Shown in pieces: positions 49,111 to 61,095 of a DNA stretch of 64,000 bases. The notes beneath the pieces were generated by a model. That model was not told the DNA's origin. It saw only the letters and a program-made list of their open reading frames with translations, and ran no database searches. Where the stretch lies: contig CAVXPZ010000003.1 of the NCBI GenBank assembly GCA_963763775.1, positions 480,001-544,000 on the forward strand, read 5' to 3'. Positions within the stretch are counted from its first letter, which is position 1. Each line of letters begins with the position of its first letter. This stretch comes from an uncultured Chloroflexia bacterium. Its GTDB lineage: Bacteria > Chloroflexota > Limnocylindria > Limnocylindrales > CSP1-4. The position numbers and the translations under genes are program-made.

Positions 49111-49763
49111 TCACGGGTTGGTGACGGTCACCTTGTTCATGATGACCGGCTGGGCGGGGTTCTCCTGACCGGCCGCGGCCGCGGTGATCGCGTCGACCGT
49201 CTCCATGCCGGATGTGACCTCGCCGATGATCTGGTAGGTGTTGTACGACGAGAGGGCGCCGGCCGCGGCATCGTCGCTGACGATGAAGAACTGCGACCCG
49301 ACGGAGTCCGGCGCCGACGTCCGGGCCATCGCGACCGTGCCGCGGTGGTACTTGCCCGTGACCGGCTCGTCCTTGATCGTGTAGCCGGGGCCGCCCGTGC
49401 CGGTGCCGGTGGGGTCGCCGCCCTGGATGACGAACTGCTCGACCACGCGATGGAAGCCCACGCCGTCGTAGTAGCCGCACTCGGCGAGGGCGACGAAGTT
49501 GCCGACCGCGATCGGCGACAGGTCGGCGCTCAGCTTCATCGTGATGTCGCCCTTGTCCGTGGAGATCGTGACGGTCCGCGACTCGCCGGCCGGCAGGGCC
49601 GGGGGCTGGCTCGTCGGGCAGGCTCCGCCGCCCGAAGCTGCGGCGCTCGCGCCCGCACTCGCCGACGAGCTCCGCTCGACGAGGAGCACGCGGTCACCAG
49701 GAGCGCGGCCATCGCCGCGACGAGCAGGGATCCCGCCACGCGGCGGGTCGGGAACGTGGTCAT
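49111..49763 (-). CDS. Cyclophilin-type PPIase, lipoprotein (frameshift at ~49678)
   Basis: Lipobox LVTAC in frame 1; FHRVVEQFVIQGGDP, VAMART, GSQFFI in frame 2. Confidence 0.85.
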
Positions 49764-50461
49764 GCGGCGGCCTCCAGGGCTGCGGGATAGTCGATCGCCC
49801 CCGAGAGGAGCGCCTCCCCGAGGATGACGCCGGCGACACCGGCGTCTCGGACTCGCCGGAGCGCGTCGAGATCTCGGACGCCACCGGCCATCAGGATGTC
49901 CGCATCGTACGACCGAACGAGCGATCGCACCCGGTCGAGGTCCGGATCGGCGCCGCCATGCGAGAGGACGAACCGCCCGACACCGGCCCCGACCAGCTCG
50001 GCGACCAGCGCGTCGACGGTCGGCGGGACCGCCCGTCGCCACGGGAAGGCCGCCAGTCGCTCGGGCCGCGGGTCCAGGCCGACGGCCAGCCAGTCGCCGG
50101 CGACCTCCAGGCACGCCCGCAGGTCATCCGGGCGGTCGGCGATGTCCGTGGTCAGCACGACGCGCGTCGCGCCGGCGGCGAACACGAGCCGGATCCCGTC
50201 GGCGGACTCGAGGCCGCCGGCCACCTGGAGCGGGACGGCGATCCGGGCTGCGATGGCCCCGATGACGTCGGTCGCCACGGGCGACCCGGCCCGGGCGCCG
50301 GCGAAGTCGACCAGATGGATGAGCCTGGCGCCCATCGCGACGAAGGTCTCCGCGATCCGGTCCGGGCGGTCCGTGGGTGCCCCGACGCCCGATGCCGCGC
50401 CGGGCCAGTACACCGTCCGCGACCGACCGTCCTCGAGGTCGATGGCCGGGATGACCAGCAC
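49760..50461 (-). CDS. HisA/HisF-family TIM-barrel protein (divergent)
   Basis: VIPAIDLEDG, IHLVD, LQVAGG, MAGGV, GVILGEAL. Confidence 0.8.
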   Translation of the reverse strand: MLVIPAIDLEDGRSRTVYWPGAASGVGAPTDRPDRIAETFVAMGARLIHLVDFAGARAGSPVATDVIGAIAARIAVPLQVAGGLESADGIRLVFAAGATRVVLTTDIADRPDDLRACLEVAGDWLAVGLDPRPERLAAFPWRRAVPPTVDALVAELVGAGVGRFVLSHGGADPDLDRVRSLVRSYDADILMAGGVRDLDALRRVRDAGVAGVILGEALLSGAIDYPAALEAAA

Positions 50462-50467
50462 GCCCGA

Positions 50468-52144
50468 TCAGCCCTCGCCCGCGAGGAGGCGGCGATGGAA
50501 GCTCACCGGCAGCGAGCCGTTGCGCAGGAGCGTGTCGTGGAAGCCCTTGAGCGAGAAGGCGTCGCCGAGACGGCGCTGCTCGTCCGCGCGGAGCGACAGC
50601 AGCAGGGTCCGCCCGAGCAGGTACGAGAGCGGGTACGTCGGCCGGTACGTGTACCAGCCCACCTCCGCGGCGGCGTTGCTGCGCTGGAACCCGGACTGCG
50701 CCACGAGGAAGTCGGTCGCCTCCTCCACGCCGATCTCGCCGCGATGCATCCGGACGTCCAGGATGATCCGGCAGGCGCGCCAGATGGCGTCCGTGTGGAG
50801 CATCACCCGGAAACGCGGGCCGTCGTCGAAGCCGTGCTCGCGGAGCATCAGCTCGCTGTACATCCCCCAGCCTTCCTCGAATTCGGCGGCGTCGGTGAGG
50901 AGCCGCGTCAGCGACGGGTTCCGCCGGGCCGCGTCGAGCTGCAGGTGGTGGCCGGGGTAGGCCTCGTGGATGCTCGTGTTGCTGATCGAGGCCCAGTTGT
51001 GCTCGCGCATGGCCGCCGGGTCCCCGCCGACGGACGGCGTGACCACGTAGATCCCCTTCGGGTCCGGGTCGAACGGGGCCGGGGAGAAGTACGCGGCGAA
51101 GGGGAGCACCTCGCGCAGGTACTCGGGCGTCTCGATGACGTCGATCCGCTCGTCCGACGGGACCGTGACGAGGTCGCGGTCGATGAGGTGCTGGCGCGCT
51201 CGGACCATCGCCGTCCGATATCCCTCGAGCGCGCCCGCGAAGTCGGCCGGGCCGTCGGCCTTGATCGAGGCGAGGACCGTCGCCTCGTCGGCGTCCGGGT
51301 CCACCTCGCGCGCGGCCGCGACCCGGGCGGCCTTCTCCTCGGCCAGCTTCGACCAGCCGAGCTCGAGGATGTCGTCCGCGTCGAGGCCGTCGAAGGCGCG
51401 ATGGGCGACGAGGGCGTCGTGGCGCTCGCGCCCGATCGCCCAGTCGTCGGTGCCGTCCACGAGGGTGTCGTCGAGCCACGCGGCGTACATCTCGAGGGCG
51501 ACCTTGGCCGAGTCGGCGGCCCGGGTCAGCCGGCGCGCGTCGGCGGGGGCCAGCACCCCCTCGCCGGCCGCGATCATCTCGTCGAAGAGCCCCGGCAATT
51601 CCGCGGCCGTGGTGAGCTCCATCTTCTGCCAGATCCGTGTCTGGGGGACCGTGGCGCGGGTCTTCGACGCTTCGAGGAAGGCCGGGACGTCCTCCAGTCG
51701 GCCCGCGACCGCGTCCAGCCGCTCGGCGAGCGGCGCGTGGTCCCGCGTGAACAGCAGGAACAGGCCGTCCCCGAGCCCGTCGAGCGCGAAGGAGCGTCGT
51801 TCCCAGAGGCGCAGGACCTCCGTGTCGAAGATCGCCCGGCGGACGTTGTGGATCTCGAGTTCGCGGTCGAAGCGGGCGCCCGGGGAGAGGTCCGCGGGGC
51901 GCAGCGCCTCGATCGTCGAGAGGTGTGCCTGCTCGTCGGCGAGCTCGGCCAGGACCTGCTCACGGCTCGCGTCCCCGAGGCGGTCGTCGCCGTCGTGCAG
52001 GCCCAGCCACGTCCCGACGATCGGGTTGTCGCGGACGATGCGCCGGAAGCGTGCCTCGACGAGATCGTGGAACCGCGTATCAGCGGGTCCTGCCGGGTCG
52101 GGTCGGGGCAACGGTCGGTCGTCGATCAGTCGGGCGTGGGTCAC
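50468..52144 (-). CDS. DUF885-family protein (putative metallopeptidase)
   Basis: HEAYPGHHLQ, FEEGWGMYSE, RACRIILD, SYLLG. Confidence 0.88.
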   Translation of the reverse strand: MTHARLIDDRPLPRPDPAGPADTRFHDLVEARFRRIVRDNPIVGTWLGLHDGDDRLGDASREQVLAELADEQAHLSTIEALRPADLSPGARFDRELEIHNVRRAIFDTEVLRLWERRSFALDGLGDGLFLLFTRDHAPLAERLDAVAGRLEDVPAFLEASKTRATVPQTRIWQKMELTTAAELPGLFDEMIAAGEGVLAPADARRLTRAADSAKVALEMYAAWLDDTLVDGTDDWAIGRERHDALVAHRAFDGLDADDILELGWSKLAEEKAARVAAAREVDPDADEATVLASIKADGPADFAGALEGYRTAMVRARQHLIDRDLVTVPSDERIDVIETPEYLREVLPFAAYFSPAPFDPDPKGIYVVTPSVGGDPAAMREHNWASISNTSIHEAYPGHHLQLDAARRNPSLTRLLTDAAEFEEGWGMYSELMLREHGFDDGPRFRVMLHTDAIWRACRIILDVRMHRGEIGVEEATDFLVAQSGFQRSNAAAEVGWYTYRPTYPLSYLLGRTLLLSLRADEQRRLGDAFSLKGFHDTLLRNGSLPVSFHRRLLAGEG

Positions 52145-52259
52145 GTCGGTCCTCTCTGGGCGCCGCGCGCGCCCTTGACGCGGCGGGGGTCGGGCAGGTC
52201 GGGGTCGGGCGCTGTCCGCTCGGTGGCCGGGCGAGTATCCCGCCCGCCGCTCGTGCCGG

Positions 52260-53393
<1,134 letters not shown>

Positions 53394-53503
53394 GGGGGCC
53401 GAGTATACGGTGAGGCTCCGGCGCTCGGACGGCGGCCGCCGCTCGGACGCCGGACCCGGCGACAGACCCGGATGCACCTGCTATGCTCCGCCATCGCCGC
53501 ACT

Positions 53504-53580
53504 GGACCCGTGGTGTAGCGGCCCAACATGCCAGCCTGTCACGCTGGAGATCGCCGGTTCGAATCCGGTCGGGTCCGCCA
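53504..53580 (+). tRNA. tRNA-Asp(GTC)
   Basis: GGACCCG acceptor stem, CCAGC-CTGTCAC-GCTGG anticodon arm, GGTTCGAATCC, CCA end. Confidence 0.97.
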
Positions 53581-53595
53581 TCGACGCTTTTCCCT

Positions 53596-53632
53596 ACGCC
53601 CCGTCCGCCCGCCCGGACGGGGCGTTCCTTTT
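53596..53632 (+). terminator. Intrinsic terminator after tRNA-Asp
   Basis: ACGCCCCGTCCG/CGGACGGGGCGT stem then TCCTTTT. Confidence 0.75.
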
Positions 53633-53656
53633 CCCGCCGCTGGTACGATCGCTCCC

Positions 53657-55312
53657 GTGACCCGACGCCCGGCCATCGTCGTCCTGTGCCTGATCGCCCT
53701 TGCCATCGCCGTGCCCGTGACCGGCGGCGAGCTCGGCTTCGGGAAGGCCAGCCCCTCGCCCGCCGCCGTCGGCGGCGCGAGCTCGCCTGGCACGTCCGAC
53801 GCCCCGCCCACCCTTCCGTCGTCAGGTTCCACGGGCAGCGGCACGACGCCGGACCCGACGCCCACGCCGACGCCCGGAGCGGTGACCGCCGCAGACGGCG
53901 AGCCGGCGGACGTCCCCATCGTGCCGGTGACGCAGTTCCGAACCACCCGGACCGCCGCGACGATCAACGAGGTCAAGGCCGCGCTCGCCGGCACGTCGTC
54001 GCGCTACGCGGCGCTCGAACTCGTCGCGAGCGAGGCCGATGCCGTGCTGGCCGCGCTCGGCGTCGACCGTCCGAAGGCCGCGGCGCGGCTCGTGGAGGCC
54101 AAGGACGCGGCGACGCTCCAGAAGGACCTCGCGAAGCATCGCGACCGGCTGGGGTTCGTCCGCGCCGATGCGGTCGGCCCGGGCGTGCGTGCCCTGAGCT
54201 GGCGCGGCAAGACGCTGTTCGGGAACGACCGGGTCACGTCGCTCGCGGCGTGGCCGCTGACCGCGACGCTGCCCGCGGCGTCGGCGAAGACGGCCTTCGA
54301 CCCTTCGGCCACCTGGACCCTCGTGGCCGGCGGCGACATCATGCTCGACCGCGGCGTCTACGAGCAGCTCCGGGTCAAGGGCAAGGGCGCGAACTTCCCG
54401 TTCGACGGCGGAACGGCCGAGATCACGAGCCGCTACTGCTGCTCCGCGTTCGGCTGGAAGGTCCCGCGGACGAAGCGCACCGGCGACAAGGGCGCGATGC
54501 GGGCACTCATCAAGGGCGCCGACATCGCCCTGGCCAACTTCGAGAACCCCGCCCCGAACCGGTTCACCTGGCACAAGAGCGGCACGATCTTCTCGGCCGA
54601 CCCGACGCTCATCGACGGCATCAAGAACGCCGGCTTCGACGTCATGGGCACCGCCAACAATCACATCCGCGACCAGGGCGGGGCCGGCCTCCTGCAGACG
54701 CTCCAGAACCTGCACAAGCGCGGGCTCAAGACCGCCGGGTCGGGCAAGAACCTCGCGGCCGCGCGGAAGCCCGCGATCATCGAGACGCACGGCGTCAAGG
54801 TCGCGATCCTCGCGTACGACGCGATCGCCGCGTCGTACCACGCGACGGCGTCCAGGATCGGGAGCGCCCCGATGACGGCGAAGGTCGTCATCGCCGATGT
54901 CAAGAAGGCCAAGGCCGACGGCGCGGACGTCGTCATCGTGTTCCCGCACTGGGGCACCGAGTACCACGCGAAGCCGAACCCAGGGCAGGTCACGCTCGCC
55001 CATCGGATCCTGGACGCGGGCGCCGACATGATCATCGGCAACCACCCGCACTGGACGCAGGCGATGGAGGTCTACAAGGGCAAGCCGATCTGGTACGCGC
55101 TCGGCAACCTCGTCTTCGACCAGACCTGGTCGGAGGAGACGATGGAGGGCATGACGCTCGAGTTGACCTTCGACGGCTCGAAGCTCGACCAGGTCCGCAT
55201 CCGGCCGCATGTCCTGCTCGACAAGTCGCAGTCGAACTTCCTCGACCCGGCCGGTTCCGGCAAGATCGTCATGGACCGAGTCTTCAAGAACTCGACCCAG
55301 CTGCCCTGGTAG
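53657..55312 (+). CDS. Exported CapA/PGA_cap-family metallophosphoesterase-like protein
   Basis: Signal/TM segment, [34 protein letters not shown]. Confidence 0.88.
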   Translation: MTRRPAIVVLCLIALAIAVPVTGGELGFGKASPSPAAVGGASSPGTSDAPPTLPSSGSTGSGTTPDPTPTPTPGAVTAADGEPADVPIVPVTQFRTTRTAATINEVKAALAGTSSRYAALELVASEADAVLAALGVDRPKAAARLVEAKDAATLQKDLAKHRDRLGFVRADAVGPGVRALSWRGKTLFGNDRVTSLAAWPLTATLPAASAKTAFDPSATWTLVAGGDIMLDRGVYEQLRVKGKGANFPFDGGTAEITSRYCCSAFGWKVPRTKRTGDKGAMRALIKGADIALANFENPAPNRFTWHKSGTIFSADPTLIDGIKNAGFDVMGTANNHIRDQGGAGLLQTLQNLHKRGLKTAGSGKNLAAARKPAIIETHGVKVAILAYDAIAASYHATASRIGSAPMTAKVVIADVKKAKADGADVVIVFPHWGTEYHAKPNPGQVTLAHRILDAGADMIIGNHPHWTQAMEVYKGKPIWYALGNLVFDQTWSEETMEGMTLELTFDGSKLDQVRIRPHVLLDKSQSNFLDPAGSGKIVMDRVFKNSTQLPW

Positions 55313-55649
55313 GCGCCGGTCGGGCGCTGACGCGCCGGGCGGGGCCGAATGCCGTTCACCCGGCCATCCTGGCCTGATCCGCGCCCGCTCACGGGCTGTT
55401 CGATCGGCGCCTAAGACTCACGTTCTTACCCTCGGCCTATCGGACGGCAATTCGCGCCCGACATCCTCGCGATCGGCGTGCCCTGACGAGGCGTCCGCAT
55501 CTGTACGAGCTCGGCCGCGTTCGCTTTCGCCGGCCGCGAGGTCGGATGGGAGCGTCATACCCGCGATGTAAGACTGGGAGTCCTGCGGTGCGCGCCAGCG
55601 CGGGTCCGCGGGCCGTTTCGCATCGGGCCTGCCGTGACGGCGTCAGCCG

Positions 55650-56612
55650 CTACACGATCCCGGCGAACAGATCGGTCTCGGGAAGGGTCGTCTCGACGCG
55701 GGACTCGCGCAGGATGTACGCCTCCTGCGCCCAGCTCTCCCGCCAGCCGTCGACGCCCATGAGCATGAACGGGCTCTGATCGCTGATCTGCGTGACGTGC
55801 TCGTGGATCGCCCGCCACTTGCGGTCGATCGGGTCGCCCGAGATGTCGAGCCAGGTCGTGATGCGCTCGTCGGGGACGAGCATCTTCGCCGCGAAGGCCT
55901 CGAACTCGGCGATCTGCTCCGGCGTGGCGTCCTCGGGCGGCTCCCAGAACGACTTCTGGCCGAGCTCCTTGAGCCGCTCGGCCATCTTGGCGCGGACCGA
56001 GGCAGGGATCGCCTGCTCGTAGAGTTTCGAGGGCGTCCAGACCTCGACGCCGCCATCCGCGAGCTGCTCGGGATACCACGCCGGGTCGCCGGCGCGGTCG
56101 AAGGCGCGGATCGACACGTCGTGGACGCGGATGTGGTCCGGGTGCCCGTAGCCGCCGAAGTCGTTGTAGGTCGTCATGACGTCGGGCTGGTAGCGACGGA
56201 CGAGCCACGTCAACCGGCCGGCGGCCGCATCGATGTCCGCCGTCCAGAAGTTGCGCGGGTCGAGGTTCCCCGGCCGGCCCATCATGTCGCTGTCGCGATA
56301 GCCGAGGTTCTCCCACTCGGTCACGCCAAGCACGGCCATCGCCCGCTCGAGCTCGACCGCGCGCAACTCGCCCAGGCGGCGATGGTTCTCGGGCGTGTCC
56401 ATCTCGGGCACGACGATCTCGCCCTGCTCGCCGCGCGTGCCGGTGACGAGGACGACCCGGTGCCCGTCGGCGACGGCCTTCGCCATCGCGCCACCCGTGC
56501 CGATGGTCTCGTCGTCGGGGTGGGCGTGGACCGTCATCAGCGTCGGCCGATGGGGGGTGGGCTCGGGGTCGTCCGCCTCTGAGTCGTTGCCGGTGGTTGC
56601 GTCGTCGATCAT
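55650..56612 (-). CDS. PIG-L/LmbE-family deacetylase (MshB/Mca-like)
   Basis: VHAHPDDE, TRGEQGE, YRDSDM, GGYGHPDH, HVTQ. Confidence 0.9.
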   Translation of the reverse strand: MIDDATTGNDSEADDPEPTPHRPTLMTVHAHPDDETIGTGGAMAKAVADGHRVVLVTGTRGEQGEIVVPEMDTPENHRRLGELRAVELERAMAVLGVTEWENLGYRDSDMMGRPGNLDPRNFWTADIDAAAGRLTWLVRRYQPDVMTTYNDFGGYGHPDHIRVHDVSIRAFDRAGDPAWYPEQLADGGVEVWTPSKLYEQAIPASVRAKMAERLKELGQKSFWEPPEDATPEQIAEFEAFAAKMLVPDERITTWLDISGDPIDRKWRAIHEHVTQISDQSPFMLMGVDGWRESWAQEAYILRESRVETTLPETDLFAGIV

Positions 56613-56679
56613 CGGTGGATGCTACCGCGGCTCGCCGATGATCACCGGACTCGTCCGACCGGGCGCTACCATCGCGCCC

Positions 56680-58020
56680 ATGCCGTGGCCCGCCCCCACC
56701 GAACCGAGCGCGCCGCCTCCGACGGGCCCGCTGGCCGGGCTGCGCGTCGTCGACTGTTCGACGGTCCTCGCCGGCCCGTATTGCACGATGCTCCTCGGCG
56801 ACCTGGGCGCCGACGTCGTCAAGGTCGAGCCGCCGGAGGGCGACGCGACGCGCGGCTGGGGCCCGCCGTGGGTCGGTGGCGACGGGAGCACGGACGGGGA
56901 CGCCGACACGGACGGGGACGCCGGCACGGACGGGGAGCGCACGGCGGCCTACTACCTCGCGATCAACCGGAACAAGCGCAGCATCCGGCTCGACCTGCGG
57001 CAGGCGCGGGGTGCCGAGGTCCTCCGCCGGCTGCTCGTCGACGCCGACGTCCTGGTGGAGAACTTCCGGGTTGGTGGCTTCGCGCGTCTCGGGTTCGACG
57101 ACGCGACCCTCGAGGCGCTGAACCCGCGCCTCGTCCACCTCGCCATCTCCGGCTATGGGCCGGACGGGCCGGCGGCCACGCGACCCGGCTACGACTTCGT
57201 GGTGCAGGCCGCGAGCGGACTGATGAGCATCACCGGGGGCGCCGACGAGGACGGCGGGGCGCCGACCAAGGTGGGCGTCGCCATCAGCGACGTGGTCACC
57301 GGGATGCTGGGCGCGGTCAGCGTCCTGGCCGCGCTCCTCGGGCGTGCCGGGGAGACCGGCGGATCGCCCGCGAGCACCCAGGCCGCGTCCGACGCCGCGG
57401 CGGGTCGCGGCCAGCGGATCGACGTGTCGCTGCTCGGCTCGACGCTGGCCTCGCTCGTCAACCAGGCCCAGAACGCGTTCGTGACCGGGGCGGCGCCCGG
57501 CCGCCGAGGCAACGCCCACCCGAACATCGTGCCGTACGAGACGTTCGAGACCGCCGACGGCGCGATCGCGGTCGCGGTCGGCTCGGCGTCGCAGTGGCCG
57601 CGTTTCTGTGCGGCCCTCGGGCTGCCGGCGTTGGCCACGGACGCCCGGTTCGCCACGAACGGCGACCGCGTCGACGGGCGCGGCGTCCTGCGGCCGATCC
57701 TGGCCGAGCGGTTCCTGGAGCGCGATTCGGCGTCCTGGCTGGCCGCACTCGAGGCGGCCGACGTGCCGTGCGGACCGATCCGCGACATCGCGCAGGCGTT
57801 CGCGTCGCCGGAGGCCGTGGCGCTCGGGATGACGGTCGAGATGACGCACCCGGCATGGGGTGCGATCCGCCAGGTCGGCGTCCCGTTCCGGTTCGCCGCG
57901 ACCCCGGCCTCGATCCGCCTGCCACCGCCGCCGCTCGGCGCCGACACGGATGCCGTGCTCACCGGTCTGGGCTACGCCCGCCAGGACATCGACGCCCTGC
58001 GCCGCGATTCGGTGATCTGA
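56680..58020 (+). CDS. CaiB/BaiF family III CoA-transferase
   Basis: GPLAGLRV, LAGP, LGADVVKVE, NRNKRS, ENFR, GYD. Confidence 0.93.
   Translation: MPWPAPTEPSAPPPTGPLAGLRVVDCSTVLAGPYCTMLLGDLGADVVKVEPPEGDATRGWGPPWVGGDGSTDGDADTDGDAGTDGERTAAYYLAINRNKRSIRLDLRQARGAEVLRRLLVDADVLVENFRVGGFARLGFDDATLEALNPRLVHLAISGYGPDGPAATRPGYDFVVQAASGLMSITGGADEDGGAPTKVGVAISDVVTGMLGAVSVLAALLGRAGETGGSPASTQAASDAAAGRGQRIDVSLLGSTLASLVNQAQNAFVTGAAPGRRGNAHPNIVPYETFETADGAIAVAVGSASQWPRFCAALGLPALATDARFATNGDRVDGRGVLRPILAERFLERDSASWLAALEAADVPCGPIRDIAQAFASPEAVALGMTVEMTHPAWGAIRQVGVPFRFAATPASIRLPPPPLGADTDAVLTGLGYARQDIDALRRDSVI
56893..56937 (+). repeat. 18-nt in-frame tandem repeat (DGDADT/DGDAGT)
   Basis: GACGGGGACGCCG(A/G)CACG twice plus a partial third unit. 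Confidence 0.7.
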
Positions 58021-58031
58021 CCGCCCGGCTG

Positions 58032-58803
58032 CTAGAGCTCCTGGCGCCGGAACGACCACGCCGCCGCCCCGAGGGCGAGCCCGATGAGCACGAGCGTCGA
58101 GACGACCGGGACCAGGACGTCGCCGACGTCCACGGATGCGCCGGTCGCGAGCGCGATCGCCGGGGCCGCGAGGCCGCCGGGGGTGTACGGCGCGACGCTC
58201 GGGATCGCCGAGACGATCGACAGGACGAGCAGCGCCATGAACCCGATGCCGGCAGCCGCGGCCGTCGAGCCGGTCACGGTGCTGCCGAGGAACGTGATCG
58301 CGGCCCACGCGCCGAGGCTCAGCCAGCCCAGGATCGCCAGCCCGACCCACCCCGCGACGGACGGCGGCTCGAACAGGATCGCGGTGTAGATCCAGCCGAC
58401 GACCACCGCGAGGATCGTCGAGACGCCGAGCACGAGCGCGATCGCGACGACCTTGGCGCCGAGGAACCCGCCTCGCGACGCCGTCTTCGAGAGGACGAAC
58501 GCCGCGGTCCCACGGTCCTTCTCACCGGCGACCGACCCCATGGCGAGGATGATCGCGGCGAACGCGCCGAACTGGGCCAGATTCTTCCAGAGCTGGTCGA
58601 CCGCGTCGACGGGGGTCGGCGTCGGGATCGCGAGTGCCCCGAGCTGGTCGCCGCCGGCCGCCTTGAGGATCTCCGGCAGGTACTTGGCCAGCAGCGGCGA
58701 GCTCAGTCCCACGAACAGGAATAGGCCCGCGACGACCGGCAGCCGATACGTCCGCCACGATTTCGAGCAGCTCCTTGCGCAGGAGCACGGCGAGGCCGGC
58801 CAT
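58032..58803 (-). CDS. ABC-2 type permease (frameshift at ~58760)
   Basis: LLRKELLE / WRTYRL, GEKDRGTAA, FRRQEL end. Confidence 0.85.
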
Positions 58804-59753
58804 CACGCTGCCCGCCCGACGAGCCGGAGGAACACGTCCTCGAGCGACGGCCGGACGCGCTCGTAGGCCGCCAGCCTGACCCCGGTCTCGACCACGATGG
58901 GCAGGAGGCCTTCGGCCGCCAGCCCCGCATCCGAGACCGACACCATCAGCCCGCTCTCGCTCTCGGTGACACGATCGATCCACGGCGTGGCGCGGAGCCG
59001 CTCGGTCAGCGCCGCCACCCCGGCGGCCTGCCCCGGCTCGGGGTCCAGCCGGTAGAGGGGGAGGGCGTAGCGCGCGAGCAGCTCGTCCAGCGGACCCTCG
59101 GTGACGAGCCGGCCGTGATCGAGGATCCCGACTCGGTCGCAGATCCGTTCGACGTCCGACAGCACGTGCGTCGAGAAGATGATCGTCGACCGCTCGCGGA
59201 GGTCCGCGATGAGCGCCAGCAGGTCGCGCCGACCCTCGGGGTCCAGTGAGCTGACCGGCTCGTCGAGGATGAGCAGGCTGGGCTCGGAGACGAGGGCCTG
59301 CGCGATCCCGAGTCGCTGCCGCATCCCGCCCGAGTACCCGCCGATCCGGCGGTCGCCGGCGTCGGCCAGGCCGACACGTTCGAGCGAGGACGTCGCGCGC
59401 CGGCTCGCCTCGGCTGCCGCGAGGCCCTGCAGGCGGCCCGCCAGCACGACGAGCTCGCGCCCGGTCATCCAGGCGTAGTACCGCGGGTCCTGGTCGAGCA
59501 CGCCGATCGACCGACGGGTGCCAGGGTCGCGCGGGTCCACCCGGACGCCGTCGATCGTGGCCGCGCCATCGGTCGGCGTGGCGAGGCCGGTGAGGAGCCG
59601 AAGGGTCGTGGTCTTGCCGGCGCCGTTGGGCCCGAGCAGGCCGAACACGGACCCGGCCGGGACGTCGAGGTCCAGGCCGTCGACGGCGAGGACGCCCGCC
59701 CGCCCGCCGAACCGCTTCGTCAGGCCGCGGCAGGTCACCGCCACGCCGCTCAT
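58803..59753 (-). CDS. ABC-2 type ATP-binding protein
   Basis: GPNGAGKT, YSGGMRQR, ILDEP, STHVL. Confidence 0.92.
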   Translation of the reverse strand: MSGVAVTCRGLTKRFGGRAGVLAVDGLDLDVPAGSVFGLLGPNGAGKTTTLRLLTGLATPTDGAATIDGVRVDPRDPGTRRSIGVLDQDPRYYAWMTGRELVVLAGRLQGLAAAEASRRATSSLERVGLADAGDRRIGGYSGGMRQRLGIAQALVSEPSLLILDEPVSSLDPEGRRDLLALIADLRERSTIIFSTHVLSDVERICDRVGILDHGRLVTEGPLDELLARYALPLYRLDPEPGQAAGVAALTERLRATPWIDRVTESESGLMVSVSDAGLAAEGLLPIVVETGVRLAAYERVRPSLEDVFLRLVGRAA

Positions 59754-59763
59754 CGACCGCGCC

Positions 59764-59964
59764 TCACCGCTCGTCGCGCCCCACGACCAGGTAGAGGATC
59801 GGCCCGACCATGCTGACGAGGCAGATGATCAGCCCCCACATCAGCTTGCTGTCGCCGCGGACCTTGCGCTCCGGGCGGATGAGGTCGCGCAGCGCGAAGA
59901 GCAGCAGCCCGATCTCGATGACGATCAGCGGGAGCAGCAGCAGGATCAGGGTCGAGTCGGTCAT
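59764..59964 (-). CDS. Small PLDc_N-type membrane protein
   Basis: FALRDL...KLMWGLII...GPILYLVVGR. Confidence 0.8.
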   Translation of the reverse strand: MTDSTLILLLLPLIVIEIGLLLFALRDLIRPERKVRGDSKLMWGLIICLVSMVGPILYLVVGRDER

Positions 59965-60257
59965 GGCTGGCACTTTCCCGGGTCGGACTTCCAGACCCGA
60001 TATGGATGGACGGACGGCATGACGGCGAGCAGCACCACGATGGCACCGACGATGGCCACGAACAGGGCCTCCGGACCCTCTCGGAGTGGGCCGAGCAGCA
60101 CGAAGACGATGTCACGTTGAGCGGGGGTCCGGTCCGTCGTCAAGCCGCTGGGATGCCTGCATCGATGCATGGACCGCGGTCGAGTCCGACGGCCTCGCTG
60201 CTAGACTCGGCCCACTTCGACCGACCGCGAGCCGCGACCACCCTGGAGGCGACCCCG

Positions 60258-61079
60258 ATGACCGACGACCGCGAGCGCTGGGCGCTGATCCTGGGCGCCT
60301 CGTCCGGGATGGGGGAGGCGACCGCCATCACGCTCGCGAAGGCCGGCTACAACATCGCCGGCATCCACCTCGACTTCCGGGCGGCGCTCGCCCACGTCGA
60401 GGAGGTCAAGGCAGCGATCGAGGCGGCGGGCTCCGAGGCCATCTACATCAACATGAACGCGGCCGACGACGAGAAGCGGGCGGCGGCGCTCGAGAGGCTC
60501 CGCGAACGGTTCGAGCGGTCGCGCGCGGCGGGCCGCGAGCCGTACGTCCGTGTCGTGATGCACTCCCTCGCGTTCGGGTCGCTGGTCCCGTTCCTCAGCG
60601 AGGACCCCAAGGGCGGCGTCGACCGCAAGAAGATGGAGATGACCCAGGACGTCATGGCGAACAGCCTCGTCTACTGGGTGCAGGACCTCTGGCGCGGCGG
60701 GTTCCTCGGGCAGGGCTCGAAGATCTACGCCATGACGTCCGAAGGCTCGACCCGTGTCGTGCCGTCCTATGGCGTCGTGTCATCCGCGAAGGCCGCGCTC
60801 GAGTCGCACATCCGTCAGCTGGCGATGGAGCTCGCGCGCCAGGGGACCGGTGCGACGGCGAACTGCATCCGGGCCGGGGTCACGATCACGCCCGCGCTCC
60901 TCAAGATCCCGGAGTCGCAGACCATGATCGACATCACGATGAAGCGGAATCCGACCGGCCGCATGACGACGCCCCAGGACGTGGCGAACGCGATCCTCGC
61001 CCTGTCCGGCGAGGGGACCGACTTCATCAACGGCGACATCATCAGCGTCGACGGCGGCGAATTCGTCACGGGGTCCTGA
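60258..61079 (+). CDS. SDR-family oxidoreductase, enoyl-ACP reductase (FabL)-like
   Basis: LGASSGMG, YGVVSSAKAALE, GVTITPAL, VDGG. Confidence 0.82.
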   Translation: MTDDRERWALILGASSGMGEATAITLAKAGYNIAGIHLDFRAALAHVEEVKAAIEAAGSEAIYINMNAADDEKRAAALERLRERFERSRAAGREPYVRVVMHSLAFGSLVPFLSEDPKGGVDRKKMEMTQDVMANSLVYWVQDLWRGGFLGQGSKIYAMTSEGSTRVVPSYGVVSSAKAALESHIRQLAMELARQGTGATANCIRAGVTITPALLKIPESQTMIDITMKRNPTGRMTTPQDVANAILALSGEGTDFINGDIISVDGGEFVTGS

Positions 61080-61095
61080 TGGGAGCGACCGCGCG

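Noticed and set aside
53657-55312. Poly-gamma-glutamate capsule locus
   Set aside because: CapA domain only; no capB or capC in the window
59961-60170. Small hydrophobic ORF upstream of the PLDc_N gene
   Set aside because: Plausible ATGA coupling, but no clear start or family; not enough support to call
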